Shown piece after piece: positions 9,299 to 17,984 of a stretch of DNA of 64,000 nucleotides; the stretch's first letter is position 1; every line of letters begins with the position of its first letter. Under the pieces are notes generated by a model. It was not told where the DNA came from, did no database searches, and worked only from the letters and a program-made list of their open reading frames with translations. The stretch is taken from IMG/VR virus record IMGVR_UViG_3300037467_001655; one strand, written 5' to 3'. Origin of the DNA: a virus. The position numbers were made by a program, and so were the translations under genes.

Positions 9299-10701
9299 CA
9301 GCGCGTCACCGCCGTCATCTCCACGATCAGACCCAGACCGGGCGTCGTGCCTACAGCGGTGATCCACGGCACCAAGATGTCCCCGGCGTCGTAATCGAAT
9401 GTGCCGGTGGCGGTGGCGTTCGCGCCGCCGGCGGTCTGATCGGCGACGGCGATGGATTTGTTCGTGCTGGCGACCTGGCTTCCGTTCTTCCGCAGCTCGA
9501 CGTCGAGCGTCCCGGATACGCCTGGGGTAGTACCGCGGTACCGAACCTGAGTGATCCGGATGTTGCGGGTCAGCTTGATGCCCTGGGAGGCCACGTTGCC
9601 GCCGCCAGTCGCGCGCGTGGTCGCCGAGCTGGTGTGGACGTACACGATGTCGTACACCTGCCCGGCCGCGGTCGGGGTGCGCGCGTCCGTCAGGCGAGAA
9701 TCGTTGTCCGCGATGGTCGATATCGCGGCGCGGGCTGCCGCGGCGTTGCTGGCGGTGAGCACCTGTTTTCCGACGGTGGTGGCGTCGGTGATCGCGCTCG
9801 AGGTGTGGGTATGTCCCACATCTGATTTGCCGTCCCAGCCGTTGACGGTGGGGTGGTCGTAGGTGCCTCCGACTTCACCAGGGACGCCGCCGGGCAGCTT
9901 CACCAGGCCGGCTGTGCTGGCGGTCGCGTTCGGCGCGGGCGGCCCTGTGGGGCCCTCCTCGCCCTGCGGTAGGACCAGGTCTACTACCCACCCGGTCGGG
10001 TCGCCGGACACCGTGGCAGAGGCGGGACTACCGGGCGCGCCGGTGGTGACGGTGCCGATGGAGAGGTCGAATCCGTTGAGTGCGGCCTGCGCGGCGTCGC
10101 GTGCTTCTTCGGCGTCGGTGGCGCTCTCGGCGGCGGCCTCAGCTGACGCGGCGGCAGCGGAGATGTCGGGGACATCCACCGGGGGCAACGTGGAGCCATC
10201 GGAGAGGGAGAACACCAGCGCGTCATCGATGAGGGTTACTCCGACGACGGACACGCCTTGGGTGACAGCGTTTCCCAGCGACCCCGGCACGGGGGACACC
10301 TTGGTCAGATCGGTGTCGCCGGTCGCGGTGACGTAGAACGAGAACGGCGCGATCGGAACCCGTTTGGTGCCGTAGTACAGGTCGAAGCTGGCGCGGTAGG
10401 TGAAGGTGTTCGGGTTGGTGGTGCCGGGCGTCGGCGCGATGACCCGGACACCGCGCGCGCCCTGGTTGGTGAGATACCCCTGATCATCGAGGGTGCACAC
10501 ATAGAAGTCCGGCAACTGCACCACGGTCACTGGATCTGGAATGCCTTGCGGTACAAGGATTTTCGGCGGTTGCGCAGCGATCGTGACTGTGCCCGAAAGC
10601 GGTTCGAACTCCGGCATGTCGTCCGAGTCGACGCCATCGGCGACGTTGGCCAAGTACCGGCCGACGATCTTGCCGAACGTCAGGCCCAACGGATCGGTCA
10701 C
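9298..10701 (-). CDS. Minor tail/fibre protein (467 aa)
   Basis: LTFGKIVGRYLA...EPLSGTVT...CTLDDQGYL N-terminal attachment domain; IGTVTTGAPGSPASATVSG and HTHTSSAITDATTVGK fibre motifs. Confidence 0.8.
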   Translation of the reverse strand: MTDPLGLTFGKIVGRYLANVADGVDSDDMPEFEPLSGTVTIAAQPPKILVPQGIPDPVTVVQLPDFYVCTLDDQGYLTNQGARGVRVIAPTPGTTNPNTFTYRASFDLYYGTKRVPIAPFSFYVTATGDTDLTKVSPVPGSLGNAVTQGVSVVGVTLIDDALVFSLSDGSTLPPVDVPDISAAAASAEAAAESATDAEEARDAAQAALNGFDLSIGTVTTGAPGSPASATVSGDPTGWVVDLVLPQGEEGPTGPPAPNATASTAGLVKLPGGVPGEVGGTYDHPTVNGWDGKSDVGHTHTSSAITDATTVGKQVLTASNAAAARAAISTIADNDSRLTDARTPTAAGQVYDIVYVHTSSATTRATGGGNVASQGIKLTRNIRITQVRYRGTTPGVSGTLDVELRKNGSQVASTNKSIAVADQTAGGANATATGTFDYDAGDILVPWITAVGTTPGLGLIVEMTAVTR

Positions 10702-10721
10702 AGTGTGCTCCTCAATGAGAC

Positions 10722-10755
10722 ACCGGGCGGCCAGGGTGATTCCTGGCCGCCCGGT
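10722..10755 (-). terminator. Hairpin after the major tail gene
   Basis: 14-bp perfect stem accgggcggccagg/cctggccgcccggt. Confidence 0.65.
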
Positions 10756-10760
10756 ACCGA

Positions 10761-11864
10761 TCAGGCGTAGACGCCGCCCTTGACGGTCTCGGCCACGGTC
10801 ACGCCCGGCGTGGTGCCGCCGGTCAGGCCCGCACCGGAAGCGGTCATCAGCGGCAGATCCATGCCCGCCAGATCACCCACGAACTCGACCACGTACGGGC
10901 CGGTACCGGTCACGTTGACGTTGCCGGTGCCGACATTCGCCAACGCCTCCAAAGCGCTCTTGACCGCCGTGTTCGCGGCGTTGTACGCGATGCCCGCGGT
11001 GGTCTGCGACTTGTAGGTGAGGGTGAAGGTGCCGCCGGTCGGGCTGCCGGTGACGGTGACCGACTGCTTCTCGTTGGTCGCCGTGGTGCCGCACGCTGGC
11101 TGTTCCGGAGCGATCTCCGCCGCGGTTTCCCCGTAGTACGGGGTGGGCAGGATCAGCGGGCACGCGCCATCGGTCACGTCGGGCGGCGCGATGGTCGTGC
11201 GGAACTGCCGATGCTGCTGCTCGGCCTGCATCGGCTGGAGCAGGCGACCGGCCGTGTTGTCGACGTCGATCGGCATGATGTTGTACGGGCCACGGCCCCA
11301 GCGCGGCGCGTACGCGGTGATCCCGTTCAGTGTGAAGGTGCTGGCCTTCGCACCGTACTCGAGGTCGCCGAGCTGCGCTTCCTTGAACACCGGCCACAGC
11401 GAATACCCGTAGGGCAGGACGAGGTTTCCGCCGGCGCCGACGAGGATGTCGTCGGAGGTGGGGACCTCGCACGCGTCTTCGGAGCCGACGCCGGACCACA
11501 GTTCGATCGCGACACCGGTCTCGAAAGGCACGTTCTTCTTGTCGCTGAAGCCGATGTCTTTGCCGTCGTAGCTGGTGACGACATCCCAGTCCAACAGCAT
11601 GTTGAACAGGGCGGTGTCGACGCCACACATCTCGATCGACAGCGCCCACCATTTCAGACTGGGCGGGGTGCGATCGGACACGCAGGTTTCGCCGTCGGCG
11701 TTCTCCTGCTCGATGTCGTTGGCGTCTTTCCAGACCGGGGATGCCTTGACGGTGACGAAACCTTTGGTGACGATCCGGCTGCGCGGACCGGCCAGGGGCA
11801 TGCCACAGGCGTCGACCAGGGTGGCCCGCAGGCGCTTACCCCTCACGACTGCGTAAGTAGCCAC
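10761..11864 (-). CDS. Major tail protein with a C-terminal extension
   Basis: GTG 11864 with GAGGAG RBS; RGKRLRATLVDACG, EQENADGETCV, IEMCGVD, WGRGPYNI motifs. Confidence 0.85.
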   Translation of the reverse strand: MATYAVVRGKRLRATLVDACGMPLAGPRSRIVTKGFVTVKASPVWKDANDIEQENADGETCVSDRTPPSLKWWALSIEMCGVDTALFNMLLDWDVVTSYDGKDIGFSDKKNVPFETGVAIELWSGVGSEDACEVPTSDDILVGAGGNLVLPYGYSLWPVFKEAQLGDLEYGAKASTFTLNGITAYAPRWGRGPYNIMPIDVDNTAGRLLQPMQAEQQHRQFRTTIAPPDVTDGACPLILPTPYYGETAAEIAPEQPACGTTATNEKQSVTVTGSPTGGTFTLTYKSQTTAGIAYNAANTAVKSALEALANVGTGNVNVTGTGPYVVEFVGDLAGMDLPLMTASGAGLTGGTTPGVTVAETVKGGVYA

Positions 11865-11928
11865 GTGAGTCTCCTCAAATATGCATGTGAGAAACGGTTT
11901 TCGTGGCTGCCCATGCCCCGTGCGCCGC

Positions 11929-11949
11929 ACCATAGAGAGCCGGGGTGCA
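11929..11949 (-). promoter_or_regulatory. Putative late promoter TGCACCCC-N7-TATGGT
   Basis: Consensus match upstream of the major tail gene. Confidence 0.65.
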
Positions 11950-11964
11950 AGCACCCCGGCTGCG

Positions 11965-12375
11965 CTATTCGGTGAGCCAATCGCCGATCGGTGGCTTCCC
12001 GGCAAGCACTCGTTGCAGATCCCGTTTCACCGCGCCGAGTTCGTTGCGCAGGGCCGCGACTTCCTGGCGGGACGCGGCGATCTCCTCCCGCAGCAGACGG
12101 TTGTCGGAGTGGGCGGTGACCAGCTCCTCCCGCAGGCCTTGGCGCTCCCGACGCAATTCCTCACGCTCGGTCTCGATGCCCGCGATCAGCCGCTCATACC
12201 CGGCGCCGAGCGCGGCGGACAGAGTGACCTCGGCCTCCGTGTCTGTCCGGCGCGCGTCGGCCTCGACACGCCGAGCCTCATTCCGCCGGTTCATCCACCC
12301 ATTCACCAAACTGGTCGCAAACCCCGTCCCCAACACCGTGGCGATGTAGGGCGCGACCTCCGCAGCCAAACTCAT
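11965..12375 (-). CDS. Membrane protein with N-terminal TM segment and coiled coil (lysis accessory-like)
   Basis: MSLAAEVAPYIATVLGTGFATSLV followed by a long heptad region. Confidence 0.7.
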   Translation of the reverse strand: MSLAAEVAPYIATVLGTGFATSLVNGWMNRRNEARRVEADARRTDTEAEVTLSAALGAGYERLIAGIETEREELRRERQGLREELVTAHSDNRLLREEIAASRQEVAALRNELGAVKRDLQRVLAGKPPIGDWLTE

Positions 12376-12380
12376 CCCGA

Positions 12381-12785
12381 TCACCCGGCCGCAGGCGGTT
12401 TCACCAGTCGGTGCAGGTATGCGGTCACCACCGCCACCACCGCGCCGATCGCGGCCCCGCCCACCGCCTTCCAATCCCCGGCATTGGTGAAGTCGAATCC
12501 GCCGCCGCCGATCACCCCGGCCACCGCCAGCAGGATCGCGACCACAACGGTGGAGATAGCGCCCTGAATCGCGGTGCGCTGCGCACGATCCCGCGCGTCC
12601 GATTTGCCGTCCACGGCACCGGACACCACCGCGGGGATGCTGCTGTTCAGCCACTCGCTGATCTGCGCCTCTGCCGCCGTGCGGGTTTCAGCCACCGCTG
12701 CGACGATGCGGGGTTCGATCTGGTCACGGATCTTCTCCAACGCCAGATCGGCCGCCAGCTCGGCGATGGTCTTCTGCCCGGTCAC
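12381..12785 (-). CDS. Putative holin
   Basis: DARDRAQRTAIQGA followed by two hydrophobic helices and a basic tail. Confidence 0.65.
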   Translation of the reverse strand: MTGQKTIAELAADLALEKIRDQIEPRIVAAVAETRTAAEAQISEWLNSSIPAVVSGAVDGKSDARDRAQRTAIQGAISTVVVAILLAVAGVIGGGGFDFTNAGDWKAVGGAAIGAVVAVVTAYLHRLVKPPAAG

Positions 12786-13327
12786 GACTGGTCACCGGCC
12801 TTGTCGTCGGCGGCCTTGGTGGCAGGCTTCGTCTTCGCGCGGCTGGCGGTCTTGCGGGCGGCCGGTTTCGCCGGCTCCTCCTCGGCGTCCGCGGTCTCCT
12901 CTGCCGGGGAATCGTCGGCGGACGGTGTTGCGTCGGCGGGCTCCGGTTCCGATGCCGGAGTATCGGATTCCGCCGGGCCGGGAACGAGCTGGTCGCGTTC
13001 CTCGGCCGTCAGCACGGCGATCGGGGAGCCGGTGTCGTTCACTGCGGTTGCGCCGCTGGGGATCACGCCGCCCTCGGCGAATTGCGACCCGGTCTCCGCC
13101 TGCCCGTCGTCGCCGTCGTCGGCGGTGATTTCGTAGCTGACGAGCCCGGCGGCCTCGGCGATATCCAGCGGGACCCGGAATCCACGGCCGCCGGTACTGA
13201 TCGACTTCACTTCGCGTTTCCGGCCGCCCGCGGCTTCGATGAGCAGGGCGGCCAGGCGCTCGTGCTTCTCGGGCGGGACCACGCGGATTGTGGCTGTGTC
13301 GCCGTCGATTTCGGTGATGGTCTTCAT
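12782..13327 (-). CDS. Hypothetical head-module protein with an acidic, low-complexity C-terminus
   Basis: Coupled ORF (LIEAAGG...VKSISTGG.GFRVP). Confidence 0.75.
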   Translation of the reverse strand: MKTITEIDGDTATIRVVPPEKHERLAALLIEAAGGRKREVKSISTGGRGFRVPLDIAEAAGLVSYEITADDGDDGQAETGSQFAEGGVIPSGATAVNDTGSPIAVLTAEERDQLVPGPAESDTPASEPEPADATPSADDSPAEETADAEEEPAKPAARKTASRAKTKPATKAADDKAGDQS

Positions 13328-13330
13328 GGG

Positions 13331-14071
13331 TCAGGCTCCGATCGTGACGGCTTTGGTCCAGCACTCCCACAACACGAGGACATCGCGCTGGACGGTGGAA
13401 AGCCTCTGGTTGTGGGTGTAATCCGGGGCGTGAGTCAGCACCGGCGCACCGCGCTGCACTGTGACCGGCCCGGTAGCGACGAGAGTTTCGTTCAGGCCTG
13501 CATAGCCGGATCCGAATGCCCACCTGTGCCCGGACGGTGACAGCAGGTATTGCCCGGACCGGGTGATCAGCTGCGCGTTCTGCAACGCTGCGGCCAGGTG
13601 CGGTGCGGCGTGGATGACGCCGGTGAAACCGAACTCGGCGACGGATTCCTCGAGCGCGCCGACCGCAGCCACCAGACCGGTCACGCTGGTCGGGGTGCCG
13701 GCCATGGCGAGCAGTCGGGGGACCAGCTGCTTTTCCACGTTCACCGGTTCCTGGAGGCGCAGCAGCTGTTGCGCGCGTTGCCCGGCTTCCGGCTCGTTGA
13801 CCAGCGCCGAACAGTCATCGTCGGCGCCGACGACATCGCCTTCGAAGACGTTGTCGAGCCAGTCGTTTCGCGGTTCCGCGCCCATCGGCGACGGGTCGGG
13901 GAAGTCGTCTTCGCAGTGGATCGGCAGCACCCACGACGGGCCGCAGTTCCACGTTTCGACTACGACGTCTTCGGCGAGTCGGGACGTGCCGGTGATGTCG
14001 ATGAGGGCGGCCACCGAGTACAGACCGCCAGGGGAGGGGTTCGCCAGTGGCGGCGTGTAGACCTCGGCCAT
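13331..14071 (-). CDS. Second capsid protein (major capsid pentamer-like)
   Basis: ATG 14071 (MAEVYTPPLANPSPGGLYSVA...); follows the capsid gene as in cluster B phages; GVIHAAP, SPSGHRWAFGSGY, LVATGPVTVQR. Confidence 0.65.
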   Translation of the reverse strand: MAEVYTPPLANPSPGGLYSVAALIDITGTSRLAEDVVVETWNCGPSWVLPIHCEDDFPDPSPMGAEPRNDWLDNVFEGDVVGADDDCSALVNEPEAGQRAQQLLRLQEPVNVEKQLVPRLLAMAGTPTSVTGLVAAVGALEESVAEFGFTGVIHAAPHLAAALQNAQLITRSGQYLLSPSGHRWAFGSGYAGLNETLVATGPVTVQRGAPVLTHAPDYTHNQRLSTVQRDVLVLWECWTKAVTIGA

Positions 14072-14107
14072 GCCGCGCTCCTTCGGAAGTAGGTGGAGGG
14101 GAAGGTT

Positions 14108-14168
14108 CCCGGCCGGGGTGGGTGAGCGGGGCAGCCACACTGGGACTACTCACCCACCCCGGACCGGG
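14108..14168 (-). terminator. Large stem-loop after the major capsid gene
   Basis: ccggggtgggtgag...ctcacccaccccgg inverted repeat. Confidence 0.5.
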
Positions 14169-14182
14169 AGTTCAGGTGCCGA

Positions 14183-16276
14183 TCAGTTCGGCGCGCCCGC
14201 GGTGGTCTGAGCCACCGCGATGGACGGTGAGGTGCCGCCGGTGAACGCGCCGGTGGCGGTCAGCAGGCCGACGTTGGTGTTGCCGAGCAGACCCTGGAAG
14301 GTCACCGACCATGCGCCCGCGCTGCCGGACACGGCGACGTTTCCGGCGCCGATCGTCTTCAGCAACGACAGCTCCGTGGCCACCTGCGCGGCGGTCGCGT
14401 TGTACGCGATCGGCTTGGTGGTATCACCCGCGTAGGTGAGGGTGAAGGTGCCGCCGGTCGGGCTGCCGGAGATGGTCAGCGACTGCACTTCGTTGGCCGG
14501 TGCGGAGCAGGTGATCTGCTCGCGGGCCGCCACAGAACCGTTGACGCACAACGGAACTTCCACGATCTCCGAGACACGGCAGCGCTTGTCCACCGCATAC
14601 TCGTCCTCGGTGAACAGCTCGGTGTAGCGGTTCTTCTGCAGCTGCGCCTTGTCGAACAACGCCCCGACTTCGATGACGTTCTCGAGGTGCTGGACGAACG
14701 CGCCGGCCGGGTACAGCAGGGCCTGCACCTTGTTCGGCCACCGCACGGACGCGGTGGGCAGCGGCTGCCAGTGCTGTACCCACTGCATGCGGATGTTCTT
14801 GCTCGCCAGCCACGCGTCGATCTGCTGATCGGTGACGGCCTTGACGTCCAGGCCCTGCTGGAAGCTCATGTCGGCCTTCACGACCTCCAGCGCGTACGCC
14901 GGGATCACGCCTTCGATGATCGCGTCGTGCGGCAGGCGTTCCTGCTGCCGGATCATGGTGGCGCGCAGGGCCAGCGAGTTCAGCAGAGCACCGGCCGCGC
15001 CGATGTTGCCCGCACCCGGGATGGTGTACGAGTTGGACACCGCGACCATGTCCAGGATCGACCACAGCGACACCTTGATCAGGTGCGCCTTGGTGACCTC
15101 CGCCAGGAAGCGTTCGATCTCCTCGGGGAAGCCCCGCTTCTGCAGGATGCCCGCGGTGACGCAGAGGCCGATGGCCTCCACCATGATCTCTTCCCACTCC
15201 GTGCACGGGATTTCGATGCACGGCTTGGTCACGACCGGGGTGCCGTCCGGGTTGGTCGCGATCAGCTCCTCTTCGGTGAATCGGAAGGGGAGCGTGTTGT
15301 ACAGCTCGGTGAAGTCGGGATCCAGCGGGCGACGCTGTCCACCGCGCGGACCGAAGTTCGCGGCCGGCAGGGTCAGCAGACCCGATGCCGGGGTGACGTC
15401 ACAGAACGTGTAGATCGTTTCGGGGACCGCGCAGTGGCCGCCGGACGCGACAAGCGCACCGTCGTCCTTGAACTGGGCGGGCCGCCACTTGGTCTTGGCG
15501 ACCAATGCGTCCTGCGCCGCCTTCAACTCCTCGGAGTTCGCGGCCCGGATCTGGTACTCGTCGCTGAAACCGCGGTCCAGGGTCGCCAGCGACAGCGGCA
15601 CCAGATTGGCGCGGTCACGGTGCGGGGCACGGTTCGGGTGCACGCGCGCGTTGGTGGCCATCGCGTTCAGCGACGCGGCCAGCTCCTGGAACCCGACCAC
15701 GCCGGGCGTGAAGTTCGGCACCTGGTCGCGCATCCGGAAACCGGCCTGCTCTGACGCGTTGGGGGCAGCGACACGGCCGGGCGTCCGGCCGCTCCGTGCA
15801 CCCAGGCCGCGGAACGACACCGGGCGGGTCGACGCGGTGACGGCCGCGCCCTGGTCGGCCGCTTCGGCGGTGATGGTTTCGGCTTCGGCCACCACATCGG
15901 CACCGTCGCCGCCGTCACCACCGTCGCCGCCGTCACCGTTGTCGGTGTCGTCGCCGGCATCCTCGGGCGCCGCTTCCTCCTCGGCGTCCTCGGTGTCGGC
16001 TCCGCCCGCACGGGCGGCGTTGCGGCCCTCGATCAGCGCACGCGCTTCCTCCGCACGCTGGCGGTCCTCTTCCTGCAGTTCGCCGATACGGACGGCCAGC
16101 GCCGACGATGCGCCGTCGAGAGCCTTCATGTCGGTGAGCGCTTCGGCCGACGGGGTCGCGCCTTCCGCGGTGACTGCCGCTGCGACCTCATCGAATTCGG
16201 CTTCGGCTGCGGTGGCGAGCTCGGTCAGCTGCTCCAGAGTCAGCCCTTCGAGCGACTCCGGCATCTGGAACTTCAT
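14183..16276 (-). CDS. Major capsid (hexamer) protein with N-terminal scaffold-like region and C-terminal extension
   Basis: Acidic coiled N-terminus; ALVASGGHCAVPETIY, KPCIEIPC...VEAIGLCVTAGILQKRGFPE, KNRYTELFTED. Confidence 0.88.
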   Translation of the reverse strand: MKFQMPESLEGLTLEQLTELATAAEAEFDEVAAAVTAEGATPSAEALTDMKALDGASSALAVRIGELQEEDRQRAEEARALIEGRNAARAGGADTEDAEEEAAPEDAGDDTDNGDGGDGGDGGDGADVVAEAETITAEAADQGAAVTASTRPVSFRGLGARSGRTPGRVAAPNASEQAGFRMRDQVPNFTPGVVGFQELAASLNAMATNARVHPNRAPHRDRANLVPLSLATLDRGFSDEYQIRAANSEELKAAQDALVAKTKWRPAQFKDDGALVASGGHCAVPETIYTFCDVTPASGLLTLPAANFGPRGGQRRPLDPDFTELYNTLPFRFTEEELIATNPDGTPVVTKPCIEIPCTEWEEIMVEAIGLCVTAGILQKRGFPEEIERFLAEVTKAHLIKVSLWSILDMVAVSNSYTIPGAGNIGAAGALLNSLALRATMIRQQERLPHDAIIEGVIPAYALEVVKADMSFQQGLDVKAVTDQQIDAWLASKNIRMQWVQHWQPLPTASVRWPNKVQALLYPAGAFVQHLENVIEVGALFDKAQLQKNRYTELFTEDEYAVDKRCRVSEIVEVPLCVNGSVAAREQITCSAPANEVQSLTISGSPTGGTFTLTYAGDTTKPIAYNATAAQVATELSLLKTIGAGNVAVSGSAGAWSVTFQGLLGNTNVGLLTATGAFTGGTSPSIAVAQTTAGAPN

Positions 16277-16345
16277 GTTCGTGTCCTCCCACGAAAACGG
16301 TCATTCGGTTCGGGAGGCCCACAGCCATGCCCCAATTCGCGGCGA

Positions 16346-16366
16346 ACCGTAGGGAAGGGGGGTGCA
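16346..16366 (-). promoter_or_regulatory. Putative late promoter TGCACCCC-N7-TACGGT upstream of the capsid gene
   Basis: Consensus match. Confidence 0.7.
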
Positions 16367-16437
16367 AACGGGGTTACGATGCGCGGTTGACCGGGACAGG
16401 CGCGATGAGGACGCCCGTTCCACGGAGAAGGGGACCC

Positions 16438-16983
16438 ATGCCCATCACTGCCCGAATCGCTGCCACGGCAGCAGCTTTCGCCGTCGCTGTCGCGGTGGCC
16501 GGATGCTCCAGCAGCGACAACGACAAGGCCACCTCGACGCCGGTCATGCCGCCGTCCGCCACCACCGCCGGCCACACCACGACCGCGTCATCGACTGCAT
16601 CGACGCCGGGTGTGTATCAGCCGATGGACACCGGGAAATCGAAGTCCGGTCTGGAGGCGTCGATCCTGTCGGTGGAGGACGCCGACACCCGGTACGGGCC
16701 GGGCGTGGTCGTCACCTTCCAGATCGTCAACACCACCGACAAGCCGTGGGACGGATACAACTGGTCCACCCCGACCGTGGTCTACGGTCCGCCCGGGACG
16801 CCGGCCGAGCACATCACCTCGATATCGGAGGGGTACGGCGCCGGGGTGCAGGGCGTGATTCCGCCTGGGAGCCGGCAGACGGTGAAAGAGGCGTACAAGG
16901 TCAGCAAGGCGCAGTTGAATCCCGCGGTGATCACTGCGGGTTCGGTTGTGTGGCAGGGCGATTTCGCGACGTTCCAGAGGTAG
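16438..16983 (+). CDS. Lipoprotein (DUF4352-like Ig fold; possible superinfection exclusion)
   Basis: Lipobox VAGC, Ser/Thr-rich linker, beta-rich domain; oriented opposite to the structural genes. Confidence 0.75.
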   Translation: MPITARIAATAAAFAVAVAVAGCSSSDNDKATSTPVMPPSATTAGHTTTASSTASTPGVYQPMDTGKSKSGLEASILSVEDADTRYGPGVVVTFQIVNTTDKPWDGYNWSTPTVVYGPPGTPAEHITSISEGYGAGVQGVIPPGSRQTVKEAYKVSKAQLNPAVITAGSVVWQGDFATFQR

Positions 16984-17080
16984 AGGAACGCGGTTGCGCT
17001 GCCCCTTTCGCGGAGGGGCCGGAAGAGTGGCCAGGTGTTCCCGCTGGTCGGGGCCCTGGCTACTCGTTTCTCATCGCTGA

Positions 17081-17153
17081 TTGACATACACGCAAATGCG
17101 TGTATTGTTGTGGGTGTCAGACGGAATAGCCGTCACCAACCGGAGGAGCCGGA
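17081..17153 (+). promoter_or_regulatory. Early-gene module copy 1: TTGACA-16-TATTGT promoter, operator TACACGCAAATGCGTGTA (17087-17104), double-hairpin leader
   Basis: ttgacatacacgcaaatgcgtgtattgt...gtcagacggaatagccgtcaccaaccggaggagccggaATG. Confidence 0.85.
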
Positions 17154-17534
17154 ATGGACACCCCTATCATCGTCCGCACCTTTTTTCCCGAACTCGATGC
17201 CGTGATAAATCTCGGCCTGGCGCTGCAACATTCGTTCAATCTGCCCGTGGTCGACGCCCTCTACAACGCGATAGCCGTGGTCAGCGACAACGCCCGCGAC
17301 AAGGGAGCACGCGACAGCGACGTCTACGACGCGTTCCACACCGGGCTGACCGGCACCACCACAGTGCCCGGCAACCGTGACGAGGTGATCGTCACCGCCC
17401 ACCTCGCCCGCGCGCTGATCTACATCGACCGCCTGGACTCGATCCTGGCTGTCGCAGCAGCCTTCCCGGCAGCCGTCGCCGCGATCGCCACCACGCCCGA
17501 CACAGCGCAACCGCTCGATATCCTTCGAGCGTGA
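17154..17534 (+). CDS. Hypothetical protein (126 aa, helical) driven by the early module
   Basis: ATG directly after the conserved leader RBS. Confidence 0.8.
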   Translation: MDTPIIVRTFFPELDAVINLGLALQHSFNLPVVDALYNAIAVVSDNARDKGARDSDVYDAFHTGLTGTTTVPGNRDEVIVTAHLARALIYIDRLDSILAVAAAFPAAVAAIATTPDTAQPLDILRA

Positions 17535-17761
17535 GCAGGCGAGGAAAAGACCCCGCAGGGCCAGGCGCGCTGGCCGTCGTCGCCCGGATCCGGGGCGAAC
17601 TCGACCGGCGGGGGATGGACCAGCAGGCACTTGCTGCCGCGATCGGGCGGTCGACCAGCTACGTTTCCACGCGGATGCGTGGTGAGCTGCCTTTCGATCT
17701 GAATGACGTCGAGAACATCGCCATCGTCCTCGAACTCCCGTGCTCGCAACTGATCGGCTGA
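17531..17761 (+). CDS. XRE-family HTH regulator (76 aa)
   Basis: RIRGELDRRGMDQQALAAAIGRSTSYVSTRMRGELPFDLNDVENIA. Confidence 0.85.
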   Translation: MSRRGKDPAGPGALAVVARIRGELDRRGMDQQALAAAIGRSTSYVSTRMRGELPFDLNDVENIAIVLELPCSQLIG

Positions 17762-17768
17762 ATGAGTA

Positions 17769-17800
17769 AGGCCCGGACACCGACCATGGTGTCCGGGCCT
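17769..17800. terminator. Bidirectional hairpin between convergent genes
   Basis: aggcccggacacc/ggtgtccgggcct. Confidence 0.65.
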
Positions 17801-17819
17801 CACTCGTACGCGCGGGATT

Positions 17820-17984
17820 TCAGTCCGATACCGGCGTGACCGTTCCGCCCCCGGCGGCGGTCGCCGCTATCCGAGCCTCCGTCATCGTCAGATACGGCCC
17901 CAACTTCTCCCCGGTCACCGTGGTCACCTGATAGCCAGCGGCGGCTGCCTGGCTCGTACGGCGCCCAGCGCCACATCCACACAT
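17820..17984 (-). CDS. Small conserved head-module protein (54 aa, MCGCG...)
   Basis: Translated by hand: MCGCGAGRRTSQAAAAGYQVTTVTGEKLGPYLTMTEARIAATAAGGGTVTPVSD; ATG overlaps the protease stop; not in the ORF track. Confidence 0.7.
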   Translation of the reverse strand: MCGCGAGRRTSQAAAAGYQVTTVTGEKLGPYLTMTEARIAATAAGGGTVTPVSD

